Source: the human T2T-CHM13v2.0 reference genome, Homo sapiens
Reading direction: 5' to 3' (one strand)
Length of the DNA stretch: 64,000 nt
NCBI RefSeq assembly: GCF_009914755.1
Contig: NC_060929.1
The translations under genes were made by a program, and so were the position numbers. Below the pieces are notes generated by a model, which worked only from the letters and a program-made list of their open reading frames with translations, was not told where the DNA came from and ran no database searches. Shown piece by piece: positions 51,918 to 64,000 of the stretch (position 1 is the stretch's first letter; every line of letters begins with the position of its first letter).

Positions 51918-52217
51918 ATATATGTATGTATGTATTTTTTGAGACACAGTCTGGCTCTGTCACCCAGGCTGGAGTGGTGTGATCTCAGCTCACTGTAACC
52001 TCCGCCTCCTAGGTACAAGCAATTCTCATGCCTCAGACTCCCCAGTAGCTGGGATTACAGGCACGCAACCACCACGCCTGGCTGATTTTTGTATTTTTAG
52101 TAGAGACGGGGTTTCACTATGTTGGCCAGGTCGGTCTTGAACTCCTGACCTCAGGTGATCCACCTGCGTTGGCCTCCCAAAGTGCTGGGATTACAGGTGT
52201 GAGCCACCATGCCTGGC
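51719..52217 (-). repeat. Compound (TA)/(TG)/(TATG) microsatellite (51719-51934) at the tail of an antisense Alu (51935-52217)
   Basis: About 215 nt of alternating purine-pyrimidine sequence directly abutting the Alu T-tract. Confidence 0.93.
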
Positions 52218-55200
52218 CCAGAAATCTATATTTTTATGTGAAATTCTGTAATTTTTAAAGATTGACAACCAATACAAACTGAGAATACCATGAGGGCCCA
52301 ATACAACATGTCAGGGGGCTGGTGTGGGCCAAAGGCCTGCTGGTCTGTAAGCTGGCTCTGGTGGGAGGGTGAGCTGGACGGACCCTGCAGCCAGGCTCCA
52401 TTCTCAAGTCAGGAAGCCCCATGGCAGACTGCTCTGTGGGGAGGAGCCTTCAGGCAGGACAACTTAACTTGGACCCCAGAGAGAGGTGGACCCAAAGCCT
52501 CTGGCTCATTCCACACACCCAGCTCCCTGAGGTGCTCACACAGGGGTGAGCGTTGTATATGTCTTCAAAGTCCCAGGATAGAGGGAGTTGGCAGCTCTGA
52601 GCTCTACATATGCAATGAGAAACTCCATGGGGCCATTATCCCCTCTCTAATCACTAACAAGCTTTTGGCTCCTGAGCCAGGCCCCAGGCTTCTGTGTCAT
52701 CATTTCTTTGGCACATCAAAGACAACAACCAAAACAATAACTTCTCAGGCCGGCTGCGTGCCTCCATGCCCGGCCGTCCAAGACAAAGTAGAGAACAGCA
52801 TTTTGTTACGCAGCCCAGTGGATAACTAGGACGCCCTTTTCCTGATAGGAAATGCTCTGTCTGAGCCTCCTAGAGCAGCCCTCATCACCAGCCAAGAGGA
52901 GCTGTCCCTTTTACCATGAAACAAGGTGGGATCTGGGAAGAAACTGCATCTCATGGTTGCCAACACACAAAAACAGGTTTTTATCCAGAAGGAACTGGAA
53001 ATCTACTGAATCTCTAAACCAACAGAGCCGGGGAAGCTGTGGGTAAATAAAGACCCCTGTGATCCAAACCCCCAAACTAGGCTGGTTGTTGCAGTGGGAG
53101 TAGAAAGGATACCCCACCATAGGTGGATTGGCTACCGAGTAATGGACAAAGAGCAGCCCCCAGACCTCAGGCCTTCCAGAGTTCTCCAGTGCCTTGGACT
53201 TTGGATGCTTTTCTTCCTCTGGGCTCCCATGCCTAGCACCCACTCACCTGTACACCCAGTCAGGCAGACAGGAAGCCCACTCCCCAGGGGAGCTCCAGCC
53301 CTGGGGGTGGCCCTATTAAGTAACTGAGCAATGGACTCAGGAGTCAATGGACCACTGGAAGCTTTCTCCACCCATGTTCCTGGCACAAACTATGCTAGCC
53401 CCGGCTCCAGCTCCTCCCAGGAGCCTGGGCCTTAAATAGCCAGAGCAGAGGCCTCTAGCCAGAACCCGTGGTCGCGGTCATAAGCACAACTGTCCTTGAG
53501 CCTGAGAGGAATCCTAGGAATTTTCCCAGGAAAGGCTTCGGCTCTGGTCCCAGGATTCCACAGCAAGCCTCTAAGCCCAGGTCAGAGGTTACGGGAAATA
53601 ACCAAGGAGACATACGTGGGAGGGTGGGGGTGGGATGCTGCTACCCGGGGCCAGGAAGGAAGAATAGAGGCAGGATATACCTGTCCCAAATCAAGAGGAC
53701 ACCTGGGAGCCAAAGCATCTTTCTCCTACAGTGGCAACAGAAAACTTGAGAGAAGATTCAAGCAAGGATCACCCGCCATGGTCCCAACATGACGGCAGTC
53801 AAGGTAACAGGAAGCCAATCATCCTCACAAGGCCAGTCCTACTCCACCCATCCTGGGAAGAGAAGGAATTTTGGGAGCAAAACCATCCCCTGACCCCAAT
53901 ACTCCATTCTCTCTGTTTCTCTGTCTCACTAAGAGGCACTGTCTTTCCTTTCTGCACACAGCCAGCCAGGCTGGAGCTTATTAATTTGGGATAGTGTGTT
54001 TCAAGCTTTTCCCATCAAAATCAGATTTCCAGGAAGCTAAGAGCACAGTTACTGGTAGCTGGGCCAGTACTCGCCACCCCAACCCCCAGGCCTAGGACAG
54101 ACACATTCTTGGCCTTTATTGTGCTGCCTGAGAGGGAGTGGTCTATCCCACCACAGAGGAGATGGGGAAGGTGCTCTGGGCTGCAGAATGTACTAGAACT
54201 CCAGGCATTCATATTTTCTTACTTAGCTCAGGGACTCCAGTGGCAGCCACCACTGCCTTGTAACAGGGAAAGCCACGAGTGGTCTGGGTATCACTGGCAG
54301 GAGAAGGCAGCCTCTGTTTCACAGCAAATGAAACCCTTGGAGGGAGAATGTGGGCAGCAAAGGTGCCCCGCCTTCTGTCCAACCCCACGATGGATGCCAG
54401 TGCTGGAAAGGGACGGAGGAATGCATGGGCACCAATACGGGTTGGCAGAGGTATGGGGGTGGCACTGCTATACTTCTCTGCTGCTTGTCCATTCACTCCA
54501 ACACCAGGCAGAATGTCAGGTTTGTACCCAGGCCCAAGAGCCATGTCTGGCAAGTGGGCTTGGGTCCATACCCACAGCCCCTCCTGAACCCCAAGCATCA
54601 GGCAGCCCAAGCCCTGGAGCCCCCTCAGAAAACAGCCAGCCACCTGCCAGCAGACATGGGCCCCTGTACCTTCCTCTGCTGGTTCTGTCCCTCTAATCTG
54701 ACCTCTAGGATAGGGAACACCTGAAAGCCGTGTATCCTGAGGAGAATATCTAATTTGCCCCAAGAACATGTAGGGCAACTGCACGCAGAGCCAAGATGCC
54801 CCCTGCCCCGTCCTCCGCTGCCTCTTCCCAGCCAGTTCTTTCAGGAGCTCTGAAGGTTCAGATGGCTCCAAAAGAAGCCAACAGAGTGCCCCAGCTCTAC
54901 CACAAGGGCATGGAGACCTTGGGAGGGCGTCTCCTCCCCAGGCAGATGTGTCTCCCTCCTGCATGCATAGCTCTGCATCTGGTTATCTGGCAAAGCTTTT
55001 GCCTTGGGGGCCATGCCTGGGGATCCTGAAACCCAAGCTGGCAGCACAGAGGCAGGAAGGCTGGGGAGGCTGCAAGGGACACACAGAGGCCAGCTGGCCC
55101 TCAGGCCCTTTGCTCTACCATCCTGCAGCTGCTCGCCTCTGGTAGCTGGACTTGAGCCACAGAGACATTCGTGGTAGTTACTGCCCCAAATATAATATAT

Positions 55201-58200
55201 GCTTCCACCTAGCCCATCCGAGGGCTCAAAACGCCAAGGTATCCACCCTCTCTGTCATCTCTGGTATTGGAATTTGGATCTTGTTCCCCCTACCTTTGCT
55301 AGCCAATGACCAAAGTCTGCATCCTCACCCAACCTTGGGCTGTTGGCATCAACAAGATAATGCGCTCAAAGCACCCACTGCCCTCCTTGCCATCCAAGGT
55401 TTTTGACACAAGTCAGACCCTGGGTTCCCAGGCTCCATCCAGTCTCCCTCCTCCTTGGCCCTGAGCTTGGTCTCCTCCTTGCCATCCTCTCTGTTCCTAT
55501 CATGGTCAGTCTTTTAGCATGTGCTCCCTGGAATGACCAATGCTTTCCATCAGCCCCGCAGCTCTGACCCACTGCAATCAAGACCCCAAGGAGACCTTCC
55601 TAAGGTGGGCACACATAGCATGGTCTGATGCCCAAGAGAGAGGGAGGGCAGGCAGACTCACCTCCTGGGGGAGAGGGCAGAGCTGCAGCTCTGCAGGTGG
55701 TGCTCACATGTGCCCTGGGAGCTGCACGGGCATCTCTTGCTCAGCTCCCGTTTTTCTTCGGCATGGCTCAGCAAGGAGGCTACTGGCCGTTTTTACAAGA
55801 TGGGGAGATATCACTCTGACAGAGACCTTGAGCCTCATTTGGGTGCGGGCTCTCAATTCCTGCTTCAGGAGGGACTAGGTACTCCCTGAAGAGCCCGCTT
55901 CTTGGGGAAGTATCAAGATTGCAGGGGTGACAACGGAAGTGACAGATGGTGCTGGGGATAAAGCAGAGATGGGGGTAAGTGACTGGCTGGGAAGAACGCC
56001 AGTGTGAGGCTGTGTGCTGCACGTTTCTTCCTCTCCCCCTCAGCTTCACTTTCCCCAAGCCCTAAAGGGTTGCTCACCACGGGGTCTGAACCTGTGAGAT
56101 TCTGGCAGGAGAAAACACCGGAGCTGGCCCTCGGGGAAGAAAGGGCTGAGCCCCAGAGTCAAGGTTCCAGTTAGGAGGAGGGGCACAGCAAGAGTGGACA
56201 GGAATCTGGCTGCCCGAGGAAGGCAAGAGGCAACACACCCTCCTCAGAGGGCTGCTCCACACACCCACACACAGGGGATGCCAACCCTTACCCCAATACT
56301 GATCTAGGGTGGAGCAGAGCCCAGTCAGGATGCCAAGGCTGTTGGCCTGTGGTGTGTACACCATGCTATGTGAGGACACAGGAACCCAGCACACATCCAT
56401 CTCAAAGTACAACTCTGTATGCCGTCTAAGCTCCAGGTCAGGACAATTCTCAGGCCTGCAGGGCTAGACTGACCACTGAGCTGGCCAGAGGGACAGTGTA
56501 GACCTGTCATGGCTCCATCACATCCTGGGGCTTGCGAGACACCTCAGCATATTTCCAAACATGCCACGGACTGCAATTAACCCTCCATAAACTCTCTGAG
56601 GAACCAGTGTGGCTCTGCCCATTTTACAGCAAGATAAAGGCAGAAATGATTTTCCCAAGATGACAAGCCAGGAAGGGTGAATGGAGTCCAGACTTAAATT
56701 CAGGCCAAACTCCACCCAAGGTCTCCACCCAAATCCAACCCTATCCAAGCCCTTCCAGGAGGCTGACAGCCCAAAGTGCAGAGGGTGTGGAAGGTGTCCA
56801 TCCCTCCAGCTGAAGCTGGCATAGCAACCAAGGCCCTGCGCTCAGGCTCTACGCCCTTGCCTGAGTCAGTCCCCTCTCTGTGCCCTGGCCACCCCGCAGC
56901 TAATACCAAAACTCCTCACAGGAATGGTCCGAGAGCAAACACAGGACCCCAGGGGAAGGCTTGACCAGCCCACAGCATGGCCTCTCAGCTAACCCTCTGA
57001 GGACCATCTCTGGACGAGCAGGGATGGAAGCTCTACAGAGAGTGCCATGAACAGGGCAAATGCATCCTCTGCTCCCTTCTTACATAGGGGGCCAGTCCTC
57101 ACATCCACGTGGACAATAGGTAGCATATATTATTTATTGTGTCCTTACCATGTGCCAGACACAGGGCTAAGTACCTCCCCTGGATTCTCTTGTTGAATCC
57201 TCACAATACCCCTATGAGGGAAGAAATATTTCTATCCCATTATACGCATGAGAGCACCAAGGGGTTAAATAACCTGCCCAAGGTCACATGGCCAACAAGG
57301 AGTGTCTAGGATTCCTATCAGGCTGTCTGATTCTGGTTTCTCTACATACCTCTCCCACCTGCAAGATCAACTGTTAAACCTCTGGCCACAGACAAGACCC
57401 AGACATAACTTTCTGGTCAGCTGGGCACAGAAAATGCACACAGACACACATGCAGAGACACCCAGGCACTCACGGGTCTCTTGGCCTCCAGCTAATCAGC
57501 AGGTCTGTTAGGATTCAGGCACTGCCCTCCTCCGGTACATAAATTCCAATTTATAATACGGGGCGAAGTGAATCTCTGAGTAGCCCAGCCTCTGAATCTG
57601 TTCCTCATGTATTTAAACTTACTTAACTGACATACGACCCCCTCTCCAATGGGAATAAAACACCCGAGTCTAGAAATTATGAAACCAAGAGCTCCTGCTT
57701 TAGTCATGCACATTTCCAAAGTAGAATAAGAAATGTATTTTCAGATTAAATGGAAAATTTACATATATAAATTGGGATGACGGTATTTATAGCATTAATT
57801 ACATAAGTCCTGGCTCCCTTATTTAGCCCCAGAACCAATTCGTTATCGTTCACATATTCAGAATTCCCCCTTCCCTCCAACAGCCCTGGGCCTCCCTCCT
57901 CCTCCTCCTCCTTCTCCCCCTCCTCCCCCTTCCAGCCGACCAGGGCCTTACATGCTGGCAAGAGGACACAGCTTCCTTCACTGTCACAGCCTAGCCTCCC
58001 AGACACACCCAGATCCAGCCTTAGACAGCAGGGGATGTCCAGATACAACCCCCCAAAGGCCTCCCTCCCGCGAGTGAATTATGAAAGCCTTTAGTAAGTT
58101 GGCTGTCGGCAGGCTCAGGCCCAGTGAGACCCCTGCAGGGACCACCAGGGACATCAACCTTCTGAGGACCTGGACTGGAGCCCAAATAAACGCCCACTGG

Positions 58201-58279
58201 GCTGAGTCTGGAATCCCTCCAGCTCCTGGCGAATGGCTGCCGCAGACCCGACCACTGAGGCCTGACCTGCCTGGAGTCG

Positions 58280-59680
58280 CACCCAGGATTCCGGCGTGGG
58301 GAGCGGGGCAGAGGGGAGCGGGGGAGGAAGGAAAAGCAGGCCAAGGGTCTTCAGGACTCAAGTCTGCAACTGTCCTGGGCTCGTGTGGGAGACTCTCTCG
58401 GATCCTGGGGCCTCCATCCTCCCCGGCTGTACCTATCCCGCAGCACCTGTGCGGCTAGGACTCTTCCCCAAGTGTGCAGAAAGAAACACCCTGGGCGATA
58501 GGGTCCGGAGTGTCCCGGACCCTCACCTGCGGCCCCGCGGGCGCCACTCTATCTTCGCACCTGCCCGGAGCCAGGCGGGTCTTTGCTCCTTCCCGCGAAA
58601 GGGGTTAGCCTTGCCTGCGCCCCAGGAAGCGACCCCGACCAGCCGCCCGGCAAGGCAGGCCGCCCGACGCTCCGGGACCCCCCGATAGCGCGGCCGAGAG
58701 CCCGCGCCGGGGTCCTCGAGCTGGCCCGGTGTCGAGGCCCGGCCGTGAGGCGCTGACAGCCCGCTTCGCGCCCCCCGCCAGCTGCAGGGCGGCCCCTCCT
58801 GCGCCCCGCGCCTCCCGCGCGCGCCGTGGCCCAGCGGGGCCCTCACCGAGAAGCGCTCCAGGTCGGTGGCCGCCATGGCGAGCTCCGCACCGGGCGGGTG
58901 GGCTGGGACGAGCGCAGGGGCAGCGACAGGGACCAGCCGGCTGCGGGACGCGCTCCGCCCGGGCGGCTGCGGCTGAATGGATCCAATATGGCCACTTCCT
59001 GGAAACTCCCCTTGGCGGCGGCGGCGGGAGAAGCCGCGGAGCCGCCCCTGCCCCCGCCCGCGGGACCGGCCTCCCCGCCCGGCCCGGCCACGAGCGCAGC
59101 CGGAGCCCCGCCGCTTGGACGGCCGGGGGTCTCCGCGGCGAGGCGGGAGGTGCCAGCTGCGGGGACTGCTGGGACTTGTAGTCCGCGCGTTGGGGGACCG
59201 GGACGGCAGTGTCGGGGGGCTCGGGGCTGGTGCCCGGCGGGCCTCTGCGTGTCCCCTGGAGCCTGGGGCCGAGCCTAGGTGAGAGTCTCCTGGGTCCGCG
59301 CGCTGGAAAGCCTTTCCCGTAAGGGGGAAGTGGGGCACGGCGTGCGCCCTAGAGATCTCCCCCACCAAGCCGTCTCCACCCGCTGGAGCCTGCAAATGTG
59401 CTGGGACCACCAACCAGAGTGTGGACAAGCTGCGGGAGACCCGTCGGATCCGGGAGAGGCCGCGGCAGCCTAGTCTGCGGGTGTCTTGGGCCCCACCTGA
59501 TGCTCCGGCCGGAGCTAAGGCGGGAACCCCGGCGGGACCCGCGCGTCCGGCCAGGCGGCCTTCCCGGGCAAGGGACCAGCCTTCGGCTCCTTGTGCAACC
59601 AACGAGCAGGATGCGCAGTTTAGGCTGGGATTCCTGCAATAGAAAAGCGGAGCTCGACGGTCAAGGCGTCAGATTGCAAG
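58280..59680 (-). promoter_or_regulatory. SEPTIN8: SEPTIN8 CpG-island promoter
   Basis: CpG-dense; ZNF143/THAP11-type ACTACAAGTCCCAGCA (minus, ~59167-59182), GC boxes, and a CCAAT/YY1/ETS/STAT-like cluster at 58983-59004. Confidence 0.8.
58847..58876 (-). CDS. SEPTIN8: SEPTIN8 coding exon 1
   Basis: gccATGG Kozak; MAATDLERFS then TCG|gtgagg; inside a CpG island. Confidence 0.92.
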
Positions 59681-62600
59681 TGTCCATCACCCTGCCTGTC
59701 CCAAGGGCTTGGGACAACGTCTTAATGGTTCCACCATTGTGCAAAGAGGATGACCACTCCCAGTGCGTGCACGTTCTCTCCGCTAATGTCACTGCTCAAA
59801 ACGTTCAGAAAATTAACACTTACGCCAGGGTCGGAGGCCTCAGGAGGTTCTGTATCCTTCTCACTGACAATCTATACAAAAGCAGCTCCCAAATCCTCTG
59901 AAACCCCGTTTCTTTCTCTTCCCTCTGCCTTTCTCTCTGCTCTTTCTGGGAATGTGGCAAGGTTTGCCCCCTACCCCCCACTGGCCTCATCCCAGGTTGG
60001 TCCACCCTCCACACACACCCCTCACCCCAGTATGCTGAGAAGCAACCTGACCTGTTTCTCCTACTCAGAAACTTGTGCTGACTGGAGGTGCCTAAAGACC
60101 ACGTTCGACTTAGCACACCTGGCTTAAGAGGAGCCCCCTCTCTGCTGTTTGACCTTGTCACCCTGATTTGGCTTTCCCCTCCTCACTCTCCCAGGCAAAC
60201 TGTAGCTTGTCCCCAAGGTGGACTGACTTCCCGCTGGACCTTCCTGACAATGTTTTCACTTTGCTCCTCTCTCTATGTTGCTGTTTCCCATGCTGTATTA
60301 AAGTTATCTACAAGAAATAGAGCAGAGCAGTGGTTAGGGTAGCTGGATCTATGGCAAACCTTCCTGGTGGAATCCTGCTAGCTTTTTAACCTTAGCTAGG
60401 CAAGTTACTTAACTATGCCTCCCTTCCCTGGTCCTAAAAATGAGAACAAGTATAGCACCTATGTTACAGGATTAAATAACATAAGTAAAGGGCTTTAAGT
60501 TGTACTTAAAATATAATATTAAATAAAATCTCCCTCTCTAGACTACAAGGGCCTTAATCTCAGAGCCCAGAGAATGTGTGGTCAATACTGAATTGATCAT
60601 CCTAGACTGTATCTACTGTTTCCTTTTTCTTTCCCTATAACTAACAAGAAATCACGACCAACTGCCATCCGTATGGCAGTTCTGCATTACAACTCTCTGG
60701 GACTAGCCCTAAATTATCTTCAAAATGGTCTTTTATCTCTAATCGGAAATATTTCAAAACATGTACTTCTTACAGTCCTGGCCAGTGGCTATGAGAAGGA
60801 AAAGCTCAGAGTACAGGTGACTTCCTTCTTTTGGGATATATTCACTCTGCTCTGTAGGAGTAAACAGGAGAATTTCCTCCTATTCCACAATGCCGAAATT
60901 TCTCTCATTTTATGCTGCTGCTGGTCAGAACTTATAAAAGAGTGAGAATTATCTATGAGGGCTCAAAAGGTGAATATAACGATCATTTCTCACATGGCAA
61001 AGTGTTATTTCTTATGGCAGCATTTCTGAGTGTTTCGTATACACCTAGAGGTTAGTTCATAGATTTTACCACAAAAAGATTGGTCTCACCGTCAAATAAC
61101 TGGGGAATGCTGAGTTCCATACACAGACAGGGTTCTGTAGAAGTCCTCAGCTTTTGATCAGCTAATATGCATTTTCTGTGCAAAAGAAAGGGGAATATAC
61201 AGCTCTACCCACACTTTGTTGCCCCTTGTCTCTACCCTGCATACATACCCAGCACCACACTGAACTTGAACATGACAAGACTTCGCTTCAGGAAATGCTG
61301 CCCTCCAGGCCTCTTGCTTGTCTTTTACTTTTGTTTATACTTTCTTTTGTCATGTAGAAGTTTAAATTTTTGATGTTGTCAAGTGTACTTGTTATTTTAT
61401 TTATTATTTTTACTTTGGCTTCTAAAAATAAAGACCCTTCCCTAACTTCACAAAGATATTGTGTTTGTGAGAAAAGAATAAATTTTCTTTAAAAACTTTT
61501 TTTTAACTCCTTCACATCTAGGCAATTTGTGTATGTGTATGCCAAACCAGTTGTTTCATCTTTCCCCTCTGATGTACAATGCAAATGGTATCACAGACGA
61601 CATTTCTGTATGTGTGTGCAGGTTGTGCATCAGTTAGGATTATGTTCAGCTGCTTCAACAAGATAGAAATGTCTTCCTTTCTTACATTGTCCAGGTAGGT
61701 AGTCCAGGGCTTATGTGACTCTCTACGCACACTTTCTTCTTGTTGCTTGGCCTTACGTGGTCTTGCTCTCATGGTCCAATATGGTGATATCTGCATTCCA
61801 GGCAGCAAGAGGCAATGATAGTAATACAGTGCAAATGAGCCAACTCTCAGAGGATTCCAGAAGCTGCCATGTGGCACTTCTGCTTACATGCTATTGGCCA
61901 GAGCTGGAAAATGGGGTCTTTATTCTGGCTATCATGTGCACAGCTAAAAAGTCCATAAAATGTTAGAGGAGAGCAGATGTTGGGAGGCTGCAGCCATCTC
62001 TGCCAAGTCTGTTTCTGGACTATCCGTTCCAGTGAGATGCCTGAAAATCTTTTTTTCTAATACTATGAAATTTTTGTTTATTAGAAAATTAAAATATAAA
62101 AAATGACAAGCAAGAAAATAATCAGCCATACACCAACAGAATCAGCCACAGATAATTTCTTAGCCTTCCACCCCTTTTAAAGAAAAATTTCATGTTTTTA
62201 AGTGATATATGTACATTTTAAATAATTTGAATACAGAGAATATTAAATTATCCCAATCCCACCACTCAGAAATCACCATCATGAACACTACATTTATATC
62301 ATTCCAGAAAACTTTCTATGTATATTTACTGATAGGAGGAAAGATAATAGAGATACTTTATAGGAATCTGGGCCATAATACAGATGCTATTTAAATTAAA
62401 AGTACTTAATTTTACTTGAATTTAAAAGAAGACAAAGAAGTTGAAACTGAAGAAAGAGTTGAACTTCAAAGAATGTTTCTTGACCACAAGAGATATTACT
62501 TCCTAAAAGATACCTCTGAGGTTAAACAAAAATTGTAAAAAACACTGAGGTTAGAGTTATTTTCTTAAAATGCACATTTCAGTGACATATGAGTGTGTGT

Positions 62601-62739
62601 GTGTGTATGTGTGTTCAGTGTGTTCATTGCTTTGAAAAATTCGCTCTCATGATTCTTTCCATCTCTGACTGACCTGCTTCCTAAGTTTAGTTACATATTA
62701 TTGTTACATTATCCATGTTTATAACACTCATATTCTGTT

Positions 62740-63560
62740 TTGTAAACATAACTTCATAGTTAGTTGATAAATATTCTGAATTAAAATGAATTCAATGGTC
62801 ATCGTTAGTCTTCTTACCAAGGCTTTTTTTTCCATTTGCAAGTTCTTTATTTTTGTTCATCTCTTCATGGACTAAATTAATCGTTAAGCTGTTTTTCCAG
62901 GAAGTATTTTCGATGTTTAACAGTATCTGTCTGTGCCTCGATACTGGAACCATATCTTGGCTGGGTATAATATCCTTGAGTCTCATCTTTCCCACTGAAT
63001 GTGGTAGGTTTTGCCTCTTTTTCTTCTGGGAAGAAGCCTGAGGCCAGCCTGAATTTTCCCCTTTATAGGAGACATTTTTTTCTGCTTGAATGCCTAAAGA
63101 AGTCACTCTTCATCTTTTTTTTAGGTTCAATAACTTAACTAAGATGTCTTAGTAGTAAACATTTCAAATCAAGCTTTTCTGGAATATAGTGTGTTCTTTC
63201 AATCTGCAGCTTTAGTTTTGAAATTTACCTGTTTGTTTCTCCATTAAAGGAATTCTCTTTTGGTTCTGTTTCTGGTTTTCCTTCTTCAGGGATTTTAATT
63301 AATTTTTATATCAGATCAGCTTTGTCTGTCTTTCATTTCTACTAATTCTAATTGCTTTAATCTCTTTGCCTAGTTTAGCTGCCCTAATTCAGTAATTTGA
63401 GTTTCAATGGGGCCCATTCTCTTTCTTGTTAGTTCTAATTTGTTTGTCTATAATAATATGTTTTTGTCCTCAACTTGTTGCCTTTCCATCCCATTCTTGT
63501 GTTCTAGCATCCTATCGTTGAGCCCCCACTTTATTAAATTCACATTCTTAAGTCATTTCA
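62740..63560 (-). mobile_element. Ancient L1M ORF1-region fragment
   Basis: T-rich plus strand; ORF 62792..63106 has faint ORF1p similarity (VSYKG motif). Confidence 0.5.
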
Positions 63561-64000
63561 TAATATGAAGCAGTTGCAAGAAATTCCTTAAGTTTTTTTA
63601 GGGGTGGGGAGGAGCCCTCATCTTTCGCTCTCTGTTTTTCCCCTTATTTATCATTAATATTTTGCTGCCATGTGTTTGCATCCATTTCTTTTCTTTCTGG
63701 TTTGGTGGCTCTGTCCAGACCTTCTTTATGCCACTGTAACACAGCAGCAGGGAGAAGAGCTTACTGACGTCTCCCCACTGTTTGAGACCCTATTTTTCCC
63801 TCTGAGCTAAGCAGAAGGCTGAGTATTTAGGTTCTCTACACTTTTTGGTAGTCTGGATGGGACAGCTGAGCTGAAGCAGCCTGTGGTCTTTGTTGGAATG
63901 CCTCAGCATGCTCCTGTCCTGAGAGCCTTTTTAATGTCCTGTACGGGCTCATGCCACCTAACTGGGGTGGAAAGCAGGACTCTATACACCTTTTCTGAGG

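Noticed and set aside
52290-55029. 179, 195 and 251 aa ORFs in SEPTIN8 intron 1
   Set aside because: No recognisable domain or convincing exon structure; they overlap on both strands as chance ORFs in GC-rich DNA do.
58523-59602. 359-aa minus ORF in frame with the SEPTIN8 start (possible N-terminal extension)
   Set aside because: It starts at a non-ATG codon, has no upstream in-frame ATG and reads through the exon 1 donor; long open frames are expected at this GC content.

Overview
Mammalian (human-like, Alu/L1-rich) genomic DNA that I recognise from its proteins as the KIF3A - CCNI2 - SEPTIN8 interval (human 5q31.1). It holds KIF3A coding exons 1-5 on the minus strand (the gene runs off the left edge), the complete 6-exon CCNI2 CDS on the plus strand (369 aa by my splicing), and the complete SEPTIN8 gene on the minus strand. 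SEPTIN8 has 9 core exons (428 codons + 2 nt) followed by several alternative terminal or stop exons. Each gene has a CpG-island promoter, and 1-28.5 kb is dominated by Alu, L1 and DNA-transposon remnants. The most notable structure is a dual-coding sense/antisense overlap: the distal SEPTIN8 terminal exon (55-residue Cys-rich tail, 483-aa isoform) is encoded entirely on the opposite strand of CCNI2 coding exon 5, and its 3' UTR runs antisense toward CCNI2 exon 4. Other points are up to six SEPTIN8 C-termini from one phase-2 donor, a GC-AG intron, paired loss of the cyclin-box Arg/Asp in CCNI2, a tailless 5S rRNA retro-fragment and nested retro-insertions with readable TSDs. I see no evidence of a wholly new gene system; this is a studied locus and much of the isoform structure is probably already annotated. 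Exon coordinates were derived by hand and repeat boundaries are approximate.
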